64,000 nucleotides of DNA from Adineta vaga. Lineage: Eukaryota; Animalia; Rotifera. Made by a program: the position numbers and the translations under genes. The stretch is taken from the NCBI GenBank assembly GCA_021613535.1, contig CP075495.1, forward strand, positions 10,974,001-11,038,000, read 5' to 3'. Positions 1 through 23,167 of this stretch are shown piece by piece. The notes below the pieces were generated by a model. It was given only the letters and a program-made list of their open reading frames with translations. It had not been told where the DNA came from and did not search any database. Numbering within the stretch: position 1 is the first letter of the stretch; each line of letters begins with the position of its first letter.

Positions 1-329
1 AAAGATATGAATTTTCATTTTAAAGTTAGAGATGTACTTTTCACTTGCGAGGGTGTATACGAACAAATCTCTTCATTTCTCATTTATCTAATAGATACTT
101 TTTGCTATAAATAATGATTTTGATAATTCTAATTCCGACTTTTTTCTCATTTAGAGAAGTATAAAAACATATCAAGGCGACAAAATGAAAGATTTCAGAC
201 ATTTTTGACGACTTATATGAAATCGTCGTGAGTATTTATAAAACTTATAGAATCTTCTATGTTTTAGTTCAAAGAAATTATAGAACTAGAAACTGTTCAT
301 CATCAAGCATTTCTATTACAAAGATCATT

Positions 330-1339
330 ATGTCATCTCCAAGTGCCTATGTAGTCACATTATCCACAACAATTCGATATATTTCATTGACTATCAATTT
401 CATTACATTGATTATCGGTACATTCGGAGCTTTGTGTAATTTAATTACTTTTACTTCACCACAATTACGTCGAAATGCTTGTATATTTTACTTAGTATGT
501 GCAACAACATTTCAGTTACTTTCTATTCTTTTTATTGTTCCAAGTCGTATGGCATTGGATAGTTTTGGAAGTAATTTAGAACGTGAATCAATTATCTTCT
601 GTAAAATTAGATATTATCTCGTTGTTACATTACCTGAACTAGCAACATACTATATCTTATTATCAATTATGGATCGATGTTTAGCTACATCAGCTTGCTA
701 GTATACGAGCATGGAGTCAACTTAAAGTAGCACATCGATTATCATTTGGTATTCTTACATTTATCTTTATTTCAAATTCTCATTTGTTAGTATACTATAC
801 AATCTATAATAATAGTTGTCAAACTGTACCCAGTACTTTTTATACTACATTTGTGGCTGGTTATACCTTGGCTGTAGTCATTGTTATACCACATGCATTT
901 ATGCTGATTTTATCGATTATTACTTTTTTAAATATGAAAAGAACAAGACAACGAGTAGCACCAGCTTCAAACACACTACATCAACGACAAACACATCGTT
1001 TCGAATCACATATTATTATGGTCAGAATATATTTCTCTATTTTATACTAGTTTTAATGCATTTCTATTTTAGGTAATTATCTTACAAGTAGTCGTCAGTT
1101 CTATTCTTCTACTATTACGTATTGGATCATATCTGTACTCGGTTTTTACAAGTGGTAATTTGAATAGAACTCTTGAAGAACGTGTTGCTGAAGGTTTTGC
1201 TCTACAACTTGGTGTATCCTTATATTATCTTAGTTTTGCTCTTGCTTTCTATGTATCAACTTTAACAAGCAAATATTTTCGTGAAATATTTTCGAAACGT
1301 ATTAGTGATTTCTATCGTCATTTACATGGTGCGGGTTAG
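330..1339 (+). CDS. Rhodopsin-like (class A) orphan GPCR, 2 exons, with an apparent frameshift near 695
   Basis: TM1 GTFGALCN, TM3 end SIMDRCLATS, hydrophobic TM4-7 and TM7/helix-8 FYVSTLTSKYFR. Intron 1021-1072 (GT..AG). Frame changes after DRCLATSA and continues as SIRAWSQLKVAHRL. Confidence 0.85.
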
Positions 1340-2880
1340 TTCTAATGGTATTATAAATGACATGAAAGTAATGGTATTTATCTTCAATATTGTAGAATTA
1401 AAAAAAAGTAAAAGAATTTTTGTGCAAGAAGATATTTGCCTCGAAGCAATACGTATAATGTGCTTGAATAATGATCATTAGAATCTCTAACTTCATTCGA
1501 ATAAGAGGTCATTCAACCATTTATATAGAAACACTTGAATCTTATTCTTTGATCTATGAATTGAATGATTTTAGTTCTTTGAAGTTAAACTATATTTATT
1601 GTTTATAATGTATGAATAAAGTCTCCAGTCTTTTTTCTTAAATGTAACTTTACAAGAATGTTCATCATTTTAAATTGAACATTTCTACTTCTATCTACTA
1701 CAATTATTCTTTTGAAAAAAGACGAAATAATGTCTGATAAAATTGCTAATCAAGAGTTGTTCGAGATGAAAATTTATCTAGTAGTTTAAATCAATAGATA
1801 TTTTCTCATGGATTATTACGAAATTTCGAAGAGAAAAAAAGGGCAAGTACTTTATTTTATCAGACATATTTATTTAACCTTATGTTTTCTTTCTCAGTAT
1901 AGAAGACATTAATGAACAATAACAATCAACTTCATATAAATTCACATAACAAAAATGCCAACATCATTTTATCAAAAACATATTTCAGAGGTTTCTTCAA
2001 ATACTTTTATTAAGTTAAATTTATTGTCGATGAGTTTCTTTTTTCCTTCCTTCAATCTGATGACTATCAACAGTCAGCAATTACTTGTATTTTAAGTCAT
2101 GATGATGGTATATGTTCAGATGTATTACATAACAAGAAGATTATTTTTCATGTTTAGATATGAAAAGAACAAGCATAGACATATATATATACATATGAAC
2201 AAATCTTTTCTTTGATGTATTCAAATCGAACATCTCGTTCTTTCTTTCTTTTTTCTTTGACTAATTCTCTAATAAAATAGATTAATGATTGAATGATAAA
2301 GAATTGTAAAGACCTTGAAAACAAAGACAACTAAAGTTCATTTGATTTCAATATGCAAATTTATTGATCCATTAAAGATTGATGTCAGCATTAATATATC
2401 TCTGACTTTCTCACATTTCATGAATTTTATTTGATCATCATTCGAATACTATTGATTCAATCGTGTACGAAAAGAGAAGAAGAAGAAAAAAGATCGACGT
2501 TCATTGACTAAATAATCACTTTAGTCTCTCATTTACTGAAGAAACGATAACAATGATCAATAAGACAAATAATGTCTGGCGTCTACTTTGGACTCTACTA
2601 TACAAGTGGTTTTATAACATATTTATTGATTTCTATATCATTCATGCGAGATCAATTTTTCAAAATAATAAGAATGATCAAACTAATGACGAAAGTAAGT
2701 TTATATAAGGATTTCTAAGGATTCAATAGACAGACATCTACACATCTATATACATATTTGTATAATATGAGTAATCTTCGTCGAGCTTTTTTCCTTGAAT
2801 GTTTATTTTTCTAATTGATGAGTAGCGTTTTTCAATGCTGAACACTTGACGTTCGTTCGCACCTTTTATAAATATAAATC

Positions 2881-2904
2881 TATATATATATATATATATA
2901 TATA
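2881..2904. repeat. (TA)n microsatellite
   Basis: Perfect TA run seen directly. Confidence 0.9.
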
Positions 2905-3146
2905 TTAATTTCATCCTTATTGAGTTCTTTGTTTATTTAACAAAGAGACGTCAATGACTATTGAGTTGATATTTTATACTTAGGGGAAAGTAAAATGCAA
3001 AGAACCTTGTATTCAAATTGAAACCGATCATCTTCTATTTATGTGTATTGCACAACTTAATGAATAAACAAAACGTTCTTTCGAGCATTTTCAATTTATC
3101 ATCTTCAGGCTACACGGATATAAATGACAAGTTTATTCATAGAACT

Positions 3147-3174
3147 TTCTCTCTCTCTCTCTCTCTCTCTCTCT
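3147..3174. repeat. (CT)n microsatellite
   Basis: CT run seen directly. Confidence 0.9.
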
Positions 3175-3644
3175 TTGTCTCGCTTGCACAATTCACATCT
3201 ATACCAATCTTTTGCACACTTGTAATGTTAAGGGAAAAAAAGAAAAGAAGTGAAAGCGAATTTATCGATAAAGCCTCCGGTTAAGAACTGCTTGTGTGTG
3301 CATGTATATGTATATGTTCGGTCGAACGTTGCTGCGATTACAAAAAAACGAACAAGAAGAAGAAGAAGAAGACGAAGAAGGAGAACAGAGGCAAAATCGT
3401 TAAAAGAGAAAAAAAAGAAGAGAGAAGAATTGAAGTAACGTTCGTTCTTGTCTTCTATATTCCATTGTTCATCATCATCATCATCACAATTATTTTAACC
3501 AACGCCTACCTGTTTGATTCTGCATTCAATTTCTTTCCTACATTCATTAATAAGACGATTACAAACATCTACGAATTCAAAAATTGCTCTTGTTCTTCTT
3601 TATACATTCTACAATATCATCACAGCTGATTTTGCTGTTGATTG

Positions 3645-11859
<8,215 letters not shown>

Positions 11860-13124
11860 ATTATTCAATTTTTCTTTTGCTGCTTATTTGTGATTTCTTT
11901 TTCTTTCTCTCTTTTTTTTCTCTTTTGCGCTTATTTATTCTTAAATAATTTTAATAATAACAGCCAAGCAGCAACATATTTGTGTCATTTTGTGATCTTT
12001 TATTGTTCTTGTATAAAATGATTTCTTTATTTCTTCTCTTTTTCAATGAGCACTAAATTATATGCATTAATCTTAATCTTGTGTGCGCTATTGTCGCTTT
12101 TCTATCTCTCTCTCTCTCTCTGTTATTTGTCATCACGCAATATGAAAAAAAAAAGTTTTATTAAAACAAGAAAGAGTGTTTCTTTTATCTATATTTTGTT
12201 CGCTTCATTTGTTAAATTTCGCTTATACAACAAACAAATTTGTTTTTTTCTCATTACTCTCTCTTCTTTGGATATACTAGAGTCGTAGGAGAAATTATGT
12301 ATACTTATTCAGAGATGATTCAAATGAGAGTAACACCATTAACATCTTTCAAATCGTTTAACCTCTGTCAATCATTTTAAAATTCTAATATCACAATCTC
12401 AACTATCCAGCTAGAGAACATACTATTTCGTCAATTCTATGATGTTTGCATACATTACTCTTACAAAAGCATCAGTTCAGTTTTTTAATTTCAACCGTAT
12501 TCTTGCAGTTGTACACCGTCATATCTATTTGATTTTCTTCTGATTCCGTATTTTTGATAGTATGAAAGTAACCCTTTATTGACGTTGACTGTTTAATGAT
12601 AGACTTCATTTACAATAGATGAATTGAACAAGAGTAAATAGGACATATTCGAAATCTTAGTTTTCCCCCACAACATTTTCAATGTTATATCGATTTTAAG
12701 AGAAGCATATTGTATGAAGGACAGTGTCCTTTAATAGAATCTTTAATATGCATTGAAAGAAGTTTTTTAATGAAACTTGATAATGTTTATATAATTTTTC
12801 ATGATCATTGTCAAAATGCTAAATATATGTATAGTTTGATTCTCTTATTTTCAAAACGTCATTGATCATTGAATTAAATCTTGTCAATATACGTTTACAA
12901 CAACACCAAAATTGTTCGAGAAGGTTTTTGCATGCTACCCAATCAAGTTCATCTTTACATTTCGGCATGATAAAACAGCATTTTCTTTAGTTGTTGCAAT
13001 GATCAACTAAAACGTTCATCAGTGACTACTGAAGAATTACTATAAGTTGCTTTAATAAAACAATAAATAAAGAAATTATGTTTTAAACCAACGAAACAAG
13101 CAAAACGATATACATTTATGTAAG

Positions 13125-14091
13125 CTAAACAATAAAAGGATGAGATTTTCGTCTTGATGGTTGTTCTTCTAACCATTTTTGATAAGTAAATGCGCGTCGT
13201 TCGAGATCTGTATCAAAATTAGACGGTCTACCTTTATATTTAACAAAAACTAATTCATATGGATCAGGAGTTAATGTATCCATAGAACGATCAATAAATA
13301 TTGGACTTCTCTTATAATTACAGTTCCAATTTTCTTTCTTACGAAAATCTACACCTTGATATTTGACTTGTAATGATGCTATTTGATAATTAGAATGCAG
13401 AATTAATTGACTTGCACCTATTTCACCATTAAAGACGGCATCACTATAATCTTTCTTACAATGAAATACACCTTTTCTATCATCTGTTAATATTGCTAAA
13501 CCAGTTCGATCAGTGACTAGTAAATAGCTTTGTACATGTGGTTTATGTTCACAATTTATTGTTGAACCAACAAGTTTCGTTTCATTATTAAAAAGTCTTG
13601 TATAAATATGATACCACCACATAGATTCATCATCAAAATAAGCAACTAAAAACGGTCCACGTATTGATGCATTCATAAGAATGAAATATTTATATAGATT
13701 TAAATCTTTTAATTTGTTCGAAAGAAACCATCCAAATGTTCCAAAATCGAAGCATTCATTTTCATGTTCGAGATAATGTGCATTGGGTGGAAGGCGTGGT
13801 AAACTTTCGATTTACGGGTGTATTGTTAACTTTTTGTAAAATAAAATAATAGTCAGCATTTTGAGCCGGATGAACGCCATGACGAATAAAAAATTGTAAA
13901 TTACCAAGTGATTGAACATCTGTATCAGCCCATACATAGATTACTAATACTCGACCTGTATCTGTTGGTTTAAGTAAATAAATTCGTCGAGATGGTACTC
14001 GTGAGTGAGAAATATAAGAATAAATAACAATTAAATAAGGAAGTAAGACTAAAAATATGAATGAAGATCGATGACGTCTTGTAAAATCCAT
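13125..14091 (-). CDS. Intronless non-metazoan-like protein (RgpF/rhamnan-synthesis-F-like putative glycosyltransferase) with an N-terminal membrane anchor and a frameshift near 13810
   Basis: ORFs 13762-14091 and 13125-13676 join by a frame change: ...TPVN/ESLPRLPPNAHYLEHENECFDFGTFGW..YKYFILMNASIRGPF..KLVGSTINC..PHVQSY..EIGASQ. Family assignment is from recalled motif similarity, not a search. Confidence 0.65.
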
Positions 14092-15846
14092 TTCTAGAAC
14101 ATTATGTTTTAGGAAGCATGTTTTATTCGATAAAAAAATATAAAGTTTACTGCTTCTCCGTCTGTGTTATTTCCATTTGTATTTAATTAGTTTTTCTTTG
14201 CAAAAGACTTTCCCTTATAAATTGAATATTCTCACATGAGACAACAAACAATCTCAATTGATGCAAAATTTCAAAGAAAATTGTTTTTTTTAATATTCTG
14301 CACTAAAAACTTCTAAAAATTGTAAATGTAACTTCTTTTAATCATATACAATTTTTTCTTGCGTTTGATTTCTTTCTCAAACGAATGTAAAAAAACGAGT
14401 GTTCTCTTTTCTTTCTTGCCTTTCAAGATTAGTGTACATTTGAAAAAGATTGTGAACATGATTTATGCCAACTAGAGAACAACAAAGGAATCTAACACAT
14501 GGTTAAGTTATTCTTTCCTGTTCCATTGTGTCTTTGAGTAAAAGATGAATTGTAAACTTACATAAATGAGTTCTGCAGTAAATTGATTGGTGTATTTTGG
14601 AAGAGATAATCAAGAGTGAAAAAGTTTTATTTAGATTCGAATAAGGATTGGATGAATACGAGATGTTGTCGAAATTTGTATTTGACAGATTTAACGATTA
14701 TCCAAACAACATTCTTTTATACGTTTTTGGACGCGAAATGACGAAGGATCTAAATTGAATTCATTCAAACTATTATTTTTGCATTACAAAAAAAGAATTG
14801 TTTCATAGCGAATCGAAAGCAGTAGTATTGCATTAACAATGACAGTCAATTCCTAGTTTTAGTTTAATATCTAGAAGAAAGAGGATGTTAAGAATACACT
14901 ATTTCAAACTGAGAAGAAGCAATGCTTTTAACTATATTTTTCTTTTAAAATTTGTAAAGAAACAACTTTAATATCCATTTCAGTTTAAGTCATTTTTCAT
15001 TAAAATTACTTGTCGAATACCGTCAAAGCAGGAAAGAAAACAATTACAATCATTTCTTTATTCCGTCCTTGTCGATAACGTTTCCAACATTCTCGAAAGA
15101 AAGAATATAACAAATAGTAATTTTTAAAATGCATTTCATCAGACTTTTTATTCTTTATATTTCTTGACACTTTCAGGGAAAGATAACAAAATTCGTAAAT
15201 ATTTTACTTATTGAATCTAGCGAATAGCTTTTCATAGAAAAGAAAACTGTAGCATTGAAAGTTTTGAGAAATAATGGTAGAAACGATGAATTTATTTTCT
15301 TATATTTCGATCGAAACGTGATGATAATTATCTCATAAGAAGAACTTGATAACCCATATAAAAGATCGTATGATTAAATGGAAGCTTTTTAATAATATTC
15401 GTATCATGACTCAAAATCTCAAATTCATGATGAAACTTTCACCTCATTCTAATATTATATGCTGCATTCAAAAATATATTCAAACTTATCGTATTTATCG
15501 ATTAACTTAATTGTCATTGTTTATGCATGCCCTCTATCCGTTTCTTTTTGATTGAGTCAATACGTTACGAATGACCACGTAACGTAGAATTTCTGGTGGT
15601 GGTTGCTGCTGTTTCTGTTTCGTCAGTTACAGTTATCTCTCTCTTGTCGGAAACCAGACATCTCAATTATGTTGATATTCCATATAAATTTTCGTTCATC
15701 TTTATTGAAATGATCATCAGTAAAAATAAAACAACATGTTCGATGCTCATTTTTAAAAACTCCTATTCCTTGTCAATGTATTTAACTACAGATGACTTTA
15801 TAATTTGTCGAATGGTAAAAGAAAATTTTTCTGTTTATTGTAGAGA

Positions 15847-17033
15847 ATGTTAGATTGGAATTGGCTTTGGGTCGTTGGTGAACTTGGCGTCTCATATGGA
15901 TTTTATCGATGGTGGAAGTCAAATGATACACTTCTGACAGCTCTTGAGGTAAAAATAGTAGTGAAATTTCTATGATTTATACTGATTAGAATATTTTTGA
16001 ATGAAACGTTCCTTGCTTTTTTCCATATATTCACCATCATAACACTAATTATTCTTTTCAGATATCTCCAGATATTGATATCGATGCTTTAAAAAGAATT
16101 TCCTCGATACAAACAACTATTGACTACGCCACTGTACATGGTCTCGTGCAACCAAATGATTCGAAAACATACTCACTATTGACGTCCCAGTTTATACCAG
16201 ACTGTACCGGTGTTCTTCATCGTATAACGATACGTGAACAAAAATTAGAAAAAATTCGTAATGTTTGGTAAGATGAAATTGATTTCTTTCGATTATTTCT
16301 TTGTATTTAATTTTCATAAAGGTCTGAAACGAAAAGTTTAATTAGTGATTTAACACGTTATGTGCCATTTCGACTTGTATCATCAAAAGGAAATTTTATT
16401 CGTATTGATAAACCATTAGAATTCAGTTCGATCAAAGATCAATTGGAAGTTATTCATGTAAAATTTGATCCGACTTCATCATCATCTATAAATAAAGTTG
16501 TCGAAACACTTATCGGAGATGTTTCAAAAGGTATTGAAACACAAGAACAAATGTTATTAAGCAATACACCATTGACTGGTGTTGGCCGTTTGGAAAGACG
16601 ATCCGGTACATGGTATCTTGTTCCACATGAACAATGGGGTGGAATGTTAACACGATTATCTCGAGATCAAATTTTAACTTCCTATCGAAAACATTCAAGT
16701 TGGGCGCGTATTTTTACTATTCTATTTGGTATTATTACTAGTGGTACTGCTTTATATTTAATCTACAGATATTACTCTAAAATTCGACGACAATCAAATC
16801 GTTCATCGCGAATTACACCAATAATTCCGCGAAATACAGATAATAATGATACAAACCGATTACAATGTGTCATTTGTTTAGATAATGAAATTATTTATAG
16901 TTTACAACCATGTTCACATTTAGGCTTGTGCGAATTATGCTCAGAACAATTACAACGACAAAATCGATCTGAACAAAAATGTCCAATTTGTCGTACACCG
17001 ATTCAAAATTATCAACGTATATTTTTACCTTAA
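15847..17033 (+). CDS. MUL1: Mitochondrial E3 ubiquitin ligase MUL1/MAPL-like (TM-GIDE-TM-RING)
   Basis: 3 exons. N-terminal TM, KGIETQEQML..LTGVGRL GIDE motif, second TM, C3HC4 RING CVIC..PCSHLGLC..C..CPICR..RIFLP. Confidence 0.85.
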
Positions 17034-17427
17034 ACATTAGTTTTCTTGTTTATTTGTATACCGTGATTTTTTCTTACTTAGGATATCTAGGAGAGAACAG
17101 ATGTGTAGTTTTTATTTTTCAATTATTTAATCGTGAATTCTGCTGAACAAAGAGACGTTTTATTTACTTTAATAGTGTTTTTTAATAATCAAAAGAGCAG
17201 TTTTGTTACAATGGTTTTTTTTGTACGAAAGTATAATAATATGAACAAACTATCTGTTTTGATGAAGATAATAGAAAAGGCAAATTGAAAAAGAAACTGT
17301 TTCATTGAGTGTAAGTAGAAAAATATGAATTCAATGATCTGATTGTACATTATAGTATTCAGGATGATATTGATCGTTATACATTCTATTTCATCAATGA
17401 TAGTTTTTCTATATTATAGATAAAATT

Positions 17428-19665
17428 ATGATTTCTCGGTATCGATCATTATTTTCACAACAGTCATTTTATTGTTCCATATTCTATCGTCGATTTCTAA
17501 CGTAATTCACTAATTTCTATGATAATACTATTACAAAAACTCGTTTATTTGAACTTTAGTAATGTCAATTCGGTAAAAGATCTTAGATCATCATCGAAAG
17601 ATTATGATGCTCTAGTTATTGTCGCCACTGAGTTAGATCAAATCAAAGATCATGTAGATAATTCAGTAACAAAAGATCTTGAAGCTTATCGTCAAGTTAG
17701 ATTTAAAAAATAATCTATTTCGCTCACTAGTTTAATTCTATTTTAGCTAAATAAAAAATTTGATAAAGATGTTACTGTAACTATGAATGATATTGTTCCT
17801 GGTAAACGATTGGTAACTATTCTATTCCGAAATAGAAGATAAAACATGATAAATGATTTTCAATTAGATCTATTCTTCAACTGGTAAAATAAATCGAGAT
17901 TATGATGATGTTCGTCGTTTTGCGGATGCAGCAGCAGCAGGAATGAAAAAAGCTTTATCACTCGGTGCTAAATCTCCATTGATCGCTAGTTTTGGTTCGA
18001 AATTATACAAACAAGCACATTTAGTTACGTTGTTATCTGCTTTGGCAACAACATATGTGGTAAATACGAACAAAGTTCATTTCTATAAAATCTATTTCGA
18101 TTCGTTTTCTTTTAGCCCTTACAAGTTCGAGAAGATAAACCTGAACATAAAGCTAAAGTGGATCGATTAGGTGTATATCTTGGACAAAATTTATCTGATC
18201 ACACTGATAAATTAGTTAGTTATGCTCGTGCTATTGAATTGGGACGTGTAGTCGGTAGAGATATTGGTGGAGGAGATCCTGAACGTATGGCACCACCCCG
18301 AGTAGCTGAGTATGTTCAAGAGCTCTTTGGTAAATCATCCGGTGTGAAAGTAAGAAACTCGACTTATTATTGAATGGAAAAGTATTGTTATGTGACATAG
18401 GTAAATATAATAAAAGATCAAAATGAAATTGATAAAGATTTTCCTTTGTTTGCTGCTGTGAATCGAGCATCTAGAAGTAAGTCTGAGAGAAATGTTTTGG
18501 AAATACAGAAGAATTATCAACTACTTATGTTTAGATATTGATCGACATCAAGGTCGTCTAATTTTTCTTGAATATACAGGTGAAGGTGAAATCAATTCGA
18601 CGGCATTATTGGTTGGAAAAGGTGTTACGTACGATACTGGTGGTCTCGATCTAAAAAGTAAGTAAACGGTTATCTTCTTCTTCCTATTCTGATTGATATT
18701 GAATTTCTTTCTAGCTGGTGGTGGAATGGTAAAAATGATGTTTTGATTCGTTGAAACTTGTTGACGAATATATTTTTAGACGAGCATGTCATATGATAAA
18801 TGTGGTGCAGCGAATGTTGCTGGGTTTTTTAAAGTTCTTTCTGAATTGAAACCAAAACAATTCAAAGCTATTGGAGTTCTAACTGTGGCTCGAAATAATT
18901 GTGGCGAAGAAGGATATGCTACGGATGAAATTCTTAAAGCAAGAGCTGGTGTTCGTATTCGTATTGGAAATACAGATGCTGAAGGTATAAAATACTTGTT
19001 TTTGAAAGGAAATTGAATTGAGTGCGTGAAATCTAGGTCGATTGGTTATGGCTGATGCGTTGTGTCACTTGAAAGAACTCGCATTGAAAGAAGTAAATCC
19101 ACAATTGTTTACTATAGCAACATTAACTGGTCATGCAGCTCGTGCATATGGAGATCACTATACAGTAGGCAAAAATTGATTTGAAAGATATAAAAATATG
19201 ATTGATCATCTATTTATTTTACAAGGCAGTAATGGATAATGGACCAGCTCGAGAAAAGAGAATAGCTCAAAGACTTCAAGCATTAGGTGATGATATCGGT
19301 GATCCATTCGAAATTTCCACTGTTCGATGTGAAGTTTGTGTTTTTTTGGTTGATGATTTTTTTTTGAAAAAAAAAATGCAAATATTATTATTTAGGATTA
19401 TGACTTTATAAACGATAAAAGCAAAGTCGCGGATATTTTACAATGTAATAGACAACCTAGTAATGCTACATCTCGTGGTCATCAATATCCTGCAGCATTT
19501 CTTGCTCGTGCATCTGGTCTTGATAAACATGGTCGTGATTCTGACAAGCCATTAAGTTATACACATTTAGATATTGCTGGAAGTGCAGGGAAATTACCAG
19601 GTTTACCGACTGCTCGTCCAATTCCAGCACTATGTCAAATGTTTATTGCTGATCGTGTTTTGTAG
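17428..19665 (+). CDS. M17 leucyl aminopeptidase with a probable mitochondrial presequence
   Basis: Motifs RDIGGGDPERM, VGKGVTYDTGGLDLK, MSYDKCGAA, NTDAEGRL and HLDIAG across many short exons, including a 14-nt exon at 18715-18728. N-terminus is Arg/Ser-rich with no acidic residues. Confidence 0.92.
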
Positions 19666-20728
19666 TTTTGTTATGATTATTTAGTATTAACATAAAGATT
19701 TAATAGATTATCTCAAAAGATTTTTATAATTTTCCAGTACAAAATATAGTTCAATCGAGTACAATAAGATTCTAATGATTGCTTTCTTTTTTACAATGAA
19801 TAGCAATCATAGAAAAAGTCTGTCCTTCAAAGTTTATTATGATATATATTAGTTTCAATCAAACTGAAGTGGAAACAAAACTATTCTTCCACTTTGAGAA
19901 CATACCGAGTTGTTGTGTAATAATAAAGTTCATTGTGTTCTCATATTTTTTCACAGCATCTGATTGACTACGATTGTTATCCTGTAAGAGAAACTTCACC
20001 AGTTTAACAATAATATTGTATTAAAAAAATGTTTATATACAAATTAGAAAAACTGTCATTGAAATATTTCATTGTGTATTTGTACTGCATCATCAGGATT
20101 AATTCCTGACCTGAATGTAATGCAAAAAAAAACAATTGGAAAAAAGAACTCATTTTTTTTTGATCTTTGTCAGAAAAAAAATTGTCCGGGATGTTTTTAA
20201 TTCACAGATGTCAACAACAAAGTTTGACGTGAAATATTTTACGAATTACAATAGTAAATATGATGTATAGTATGAGATTTTCTCAAGTAAATCAAACAAT
20301 AGTATTCTTTTATTTCAAATTAAGATGTTTCTTTGCTAACTCTTTCGGTTTTTCTAATAAAATTATCATCGATCTGTGTGAGAATGCCCTCTATCGTAAC
20401 TTGATTTTAATCTGTCAATATTTTTGTCCAATACGCAACAGCTCTTAGATTATTCAATCCATCCCGAACAGTGCATGTAGCATGTAGCGATGCGATTCTC
20501 TTCTAAGTTAGTTTTCCACTGTTCCAACAGAGCATTTATCGTTTTCTTTTTCTTTTTTCATTCTTTCAGGAAGCAGACAGGAATACGAGTGCTTCATCTC
20601 TTTATTCTCGTTCTTTCTTTTCATCATATAGAGATTGCAATCAATCGCGCGTTCAGTCATTCACACTTATATAGATATATATTATTTTTATTGAAAATAC
20701 AAAAGGCAAGAAAGCACGAAGCTATATT

Positions 20729-21787
<1,059 letters not shown>

Positions 21788-22187
21788 TCATGACAGAATT
21801 ATGAACAAAATCGTTATTGATCGACATTTTATTTTGTTTCTTATTACATTGTCAGATACTTCTTATTTATTATTATTTTTCGAAGGACAAACATTTTTCT
21901 TTCGTATTAATTTATTTATCTGGTGTTGTCATTGATTTTATTTTTCAATTTCTAGTCATATTTCATCTATGGTATGACCAATATTTATCTCTTTGTTGTG
22001 ATGTGATACACACACAACGTGCTTGTTTTGTTTTCTTGTTCGAATTTTATGCGTTCTTTTTTTGTCTTCTATTTATTGTGTGTATTGTAGTTTGTTTGTT
22101 TTTTGTTGGTAATAAGAAAAATGAAATTTCTTTCTATACAATGAAATATATATTTAATTAGGTTTTCAGTTGAAATAGTTCTTTAGA

Positions 22188-23100
22188 TGTATATACGGCC
22201 TGATCGAACACAAACATTATCACCTTCAAATATTGAAATTGAAGATAAAAATGGTGAACAATATTCCAATCGTGAAGATAAAAAGAAAAAAGTAAGATAG
22301 CTTTTTCTTTTCTCTTCGTTACTTAATATATTCTGTAATTCCTTAGAGAACAAGATTTTTATGATGCTGTTTTTCTTTTCTTTTCTAGCGGTTCAAAAGT
22401 CCCATGAGGTAAGATGAGTATTATCATCAGGTTATAAATGATTGAAAGAAAAAGAACAAAATATTTATTATGATTATTGTTTAAAGTGCTACCGTCTATC
22501 GTTTTACAAGGTAAACTCGAATAAATGTCACACTGACTCTAATTCCGAACTTTGGCTAACTGAATTCATGATTTTCAATGCTAAAATACAGAAGAAAATC
22601 GATCGAATGTCAAAGAATTTCTTCTTATTTTAGAAAGATTTTTAAACCAAAAAGTGATGACGATTTGCAATCATCGTATTATCGACTCGAAGAAAAAGAA
22701 ACACAATATTCTGATTTACAGGTAAAATTAAATATTAGGTTTGTTAATATATCTTTTTCTTTATTACAAATAGTTTCGTGAACCAAAACCTAAGATTCCG
22801 ATTCATGCCATCGTTTTGGCTACTGCTTTATTCCTTTTCGGATCTATTATGATTACATTAGGTTCATTAATGTTAACAGGTTATATAAAAACACAAGTGT
22901 GTATACTCATTTCTATTTTTGTCATTCAAAACTTATTCATTTCGCGTGATTTCTAGTATAGCGATCGTACATGGCCACTAATCTTTATCGGTTCATTAGT
23001 CTTTCTTCCAGGCTTCTATCATTTACGTATTGCTTATTGGGCATGGAAAGGTGATAAAAATTTTTCTTTCGCTGATATACCCGATCTTGATTGGTTTTGA
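22188..23100 (+). CDS. TMEM230: Transmembrane protein 230
   Basis: [17 protein letters not shown]...[30 protein letters not shown]. 5' exons 22188-22291, 22389-22408 and 22487-22510 splice in frame, but the true start codon is uncertain. Confidence 0.9.
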
Positions 23101-23167
23101 TGCAAATATTCTAGTGATAAACGTCCATTCATATTTTCTTTTTCTTGTTACTTGTTCTACTTTACTA

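Noticed and set aside
12715-12734. ACAGTGTCCTTTAA, resembling a TTAA/Kolobok-type MITE end
   Set aside because: No matching opposite terminus or transposase was found in the window.
19950-20010. Hammerhead-like CTGAttGA...GAAAC...GTT
   Set aside because: The core has an extra base, and stems I and II do not pair convincingly.
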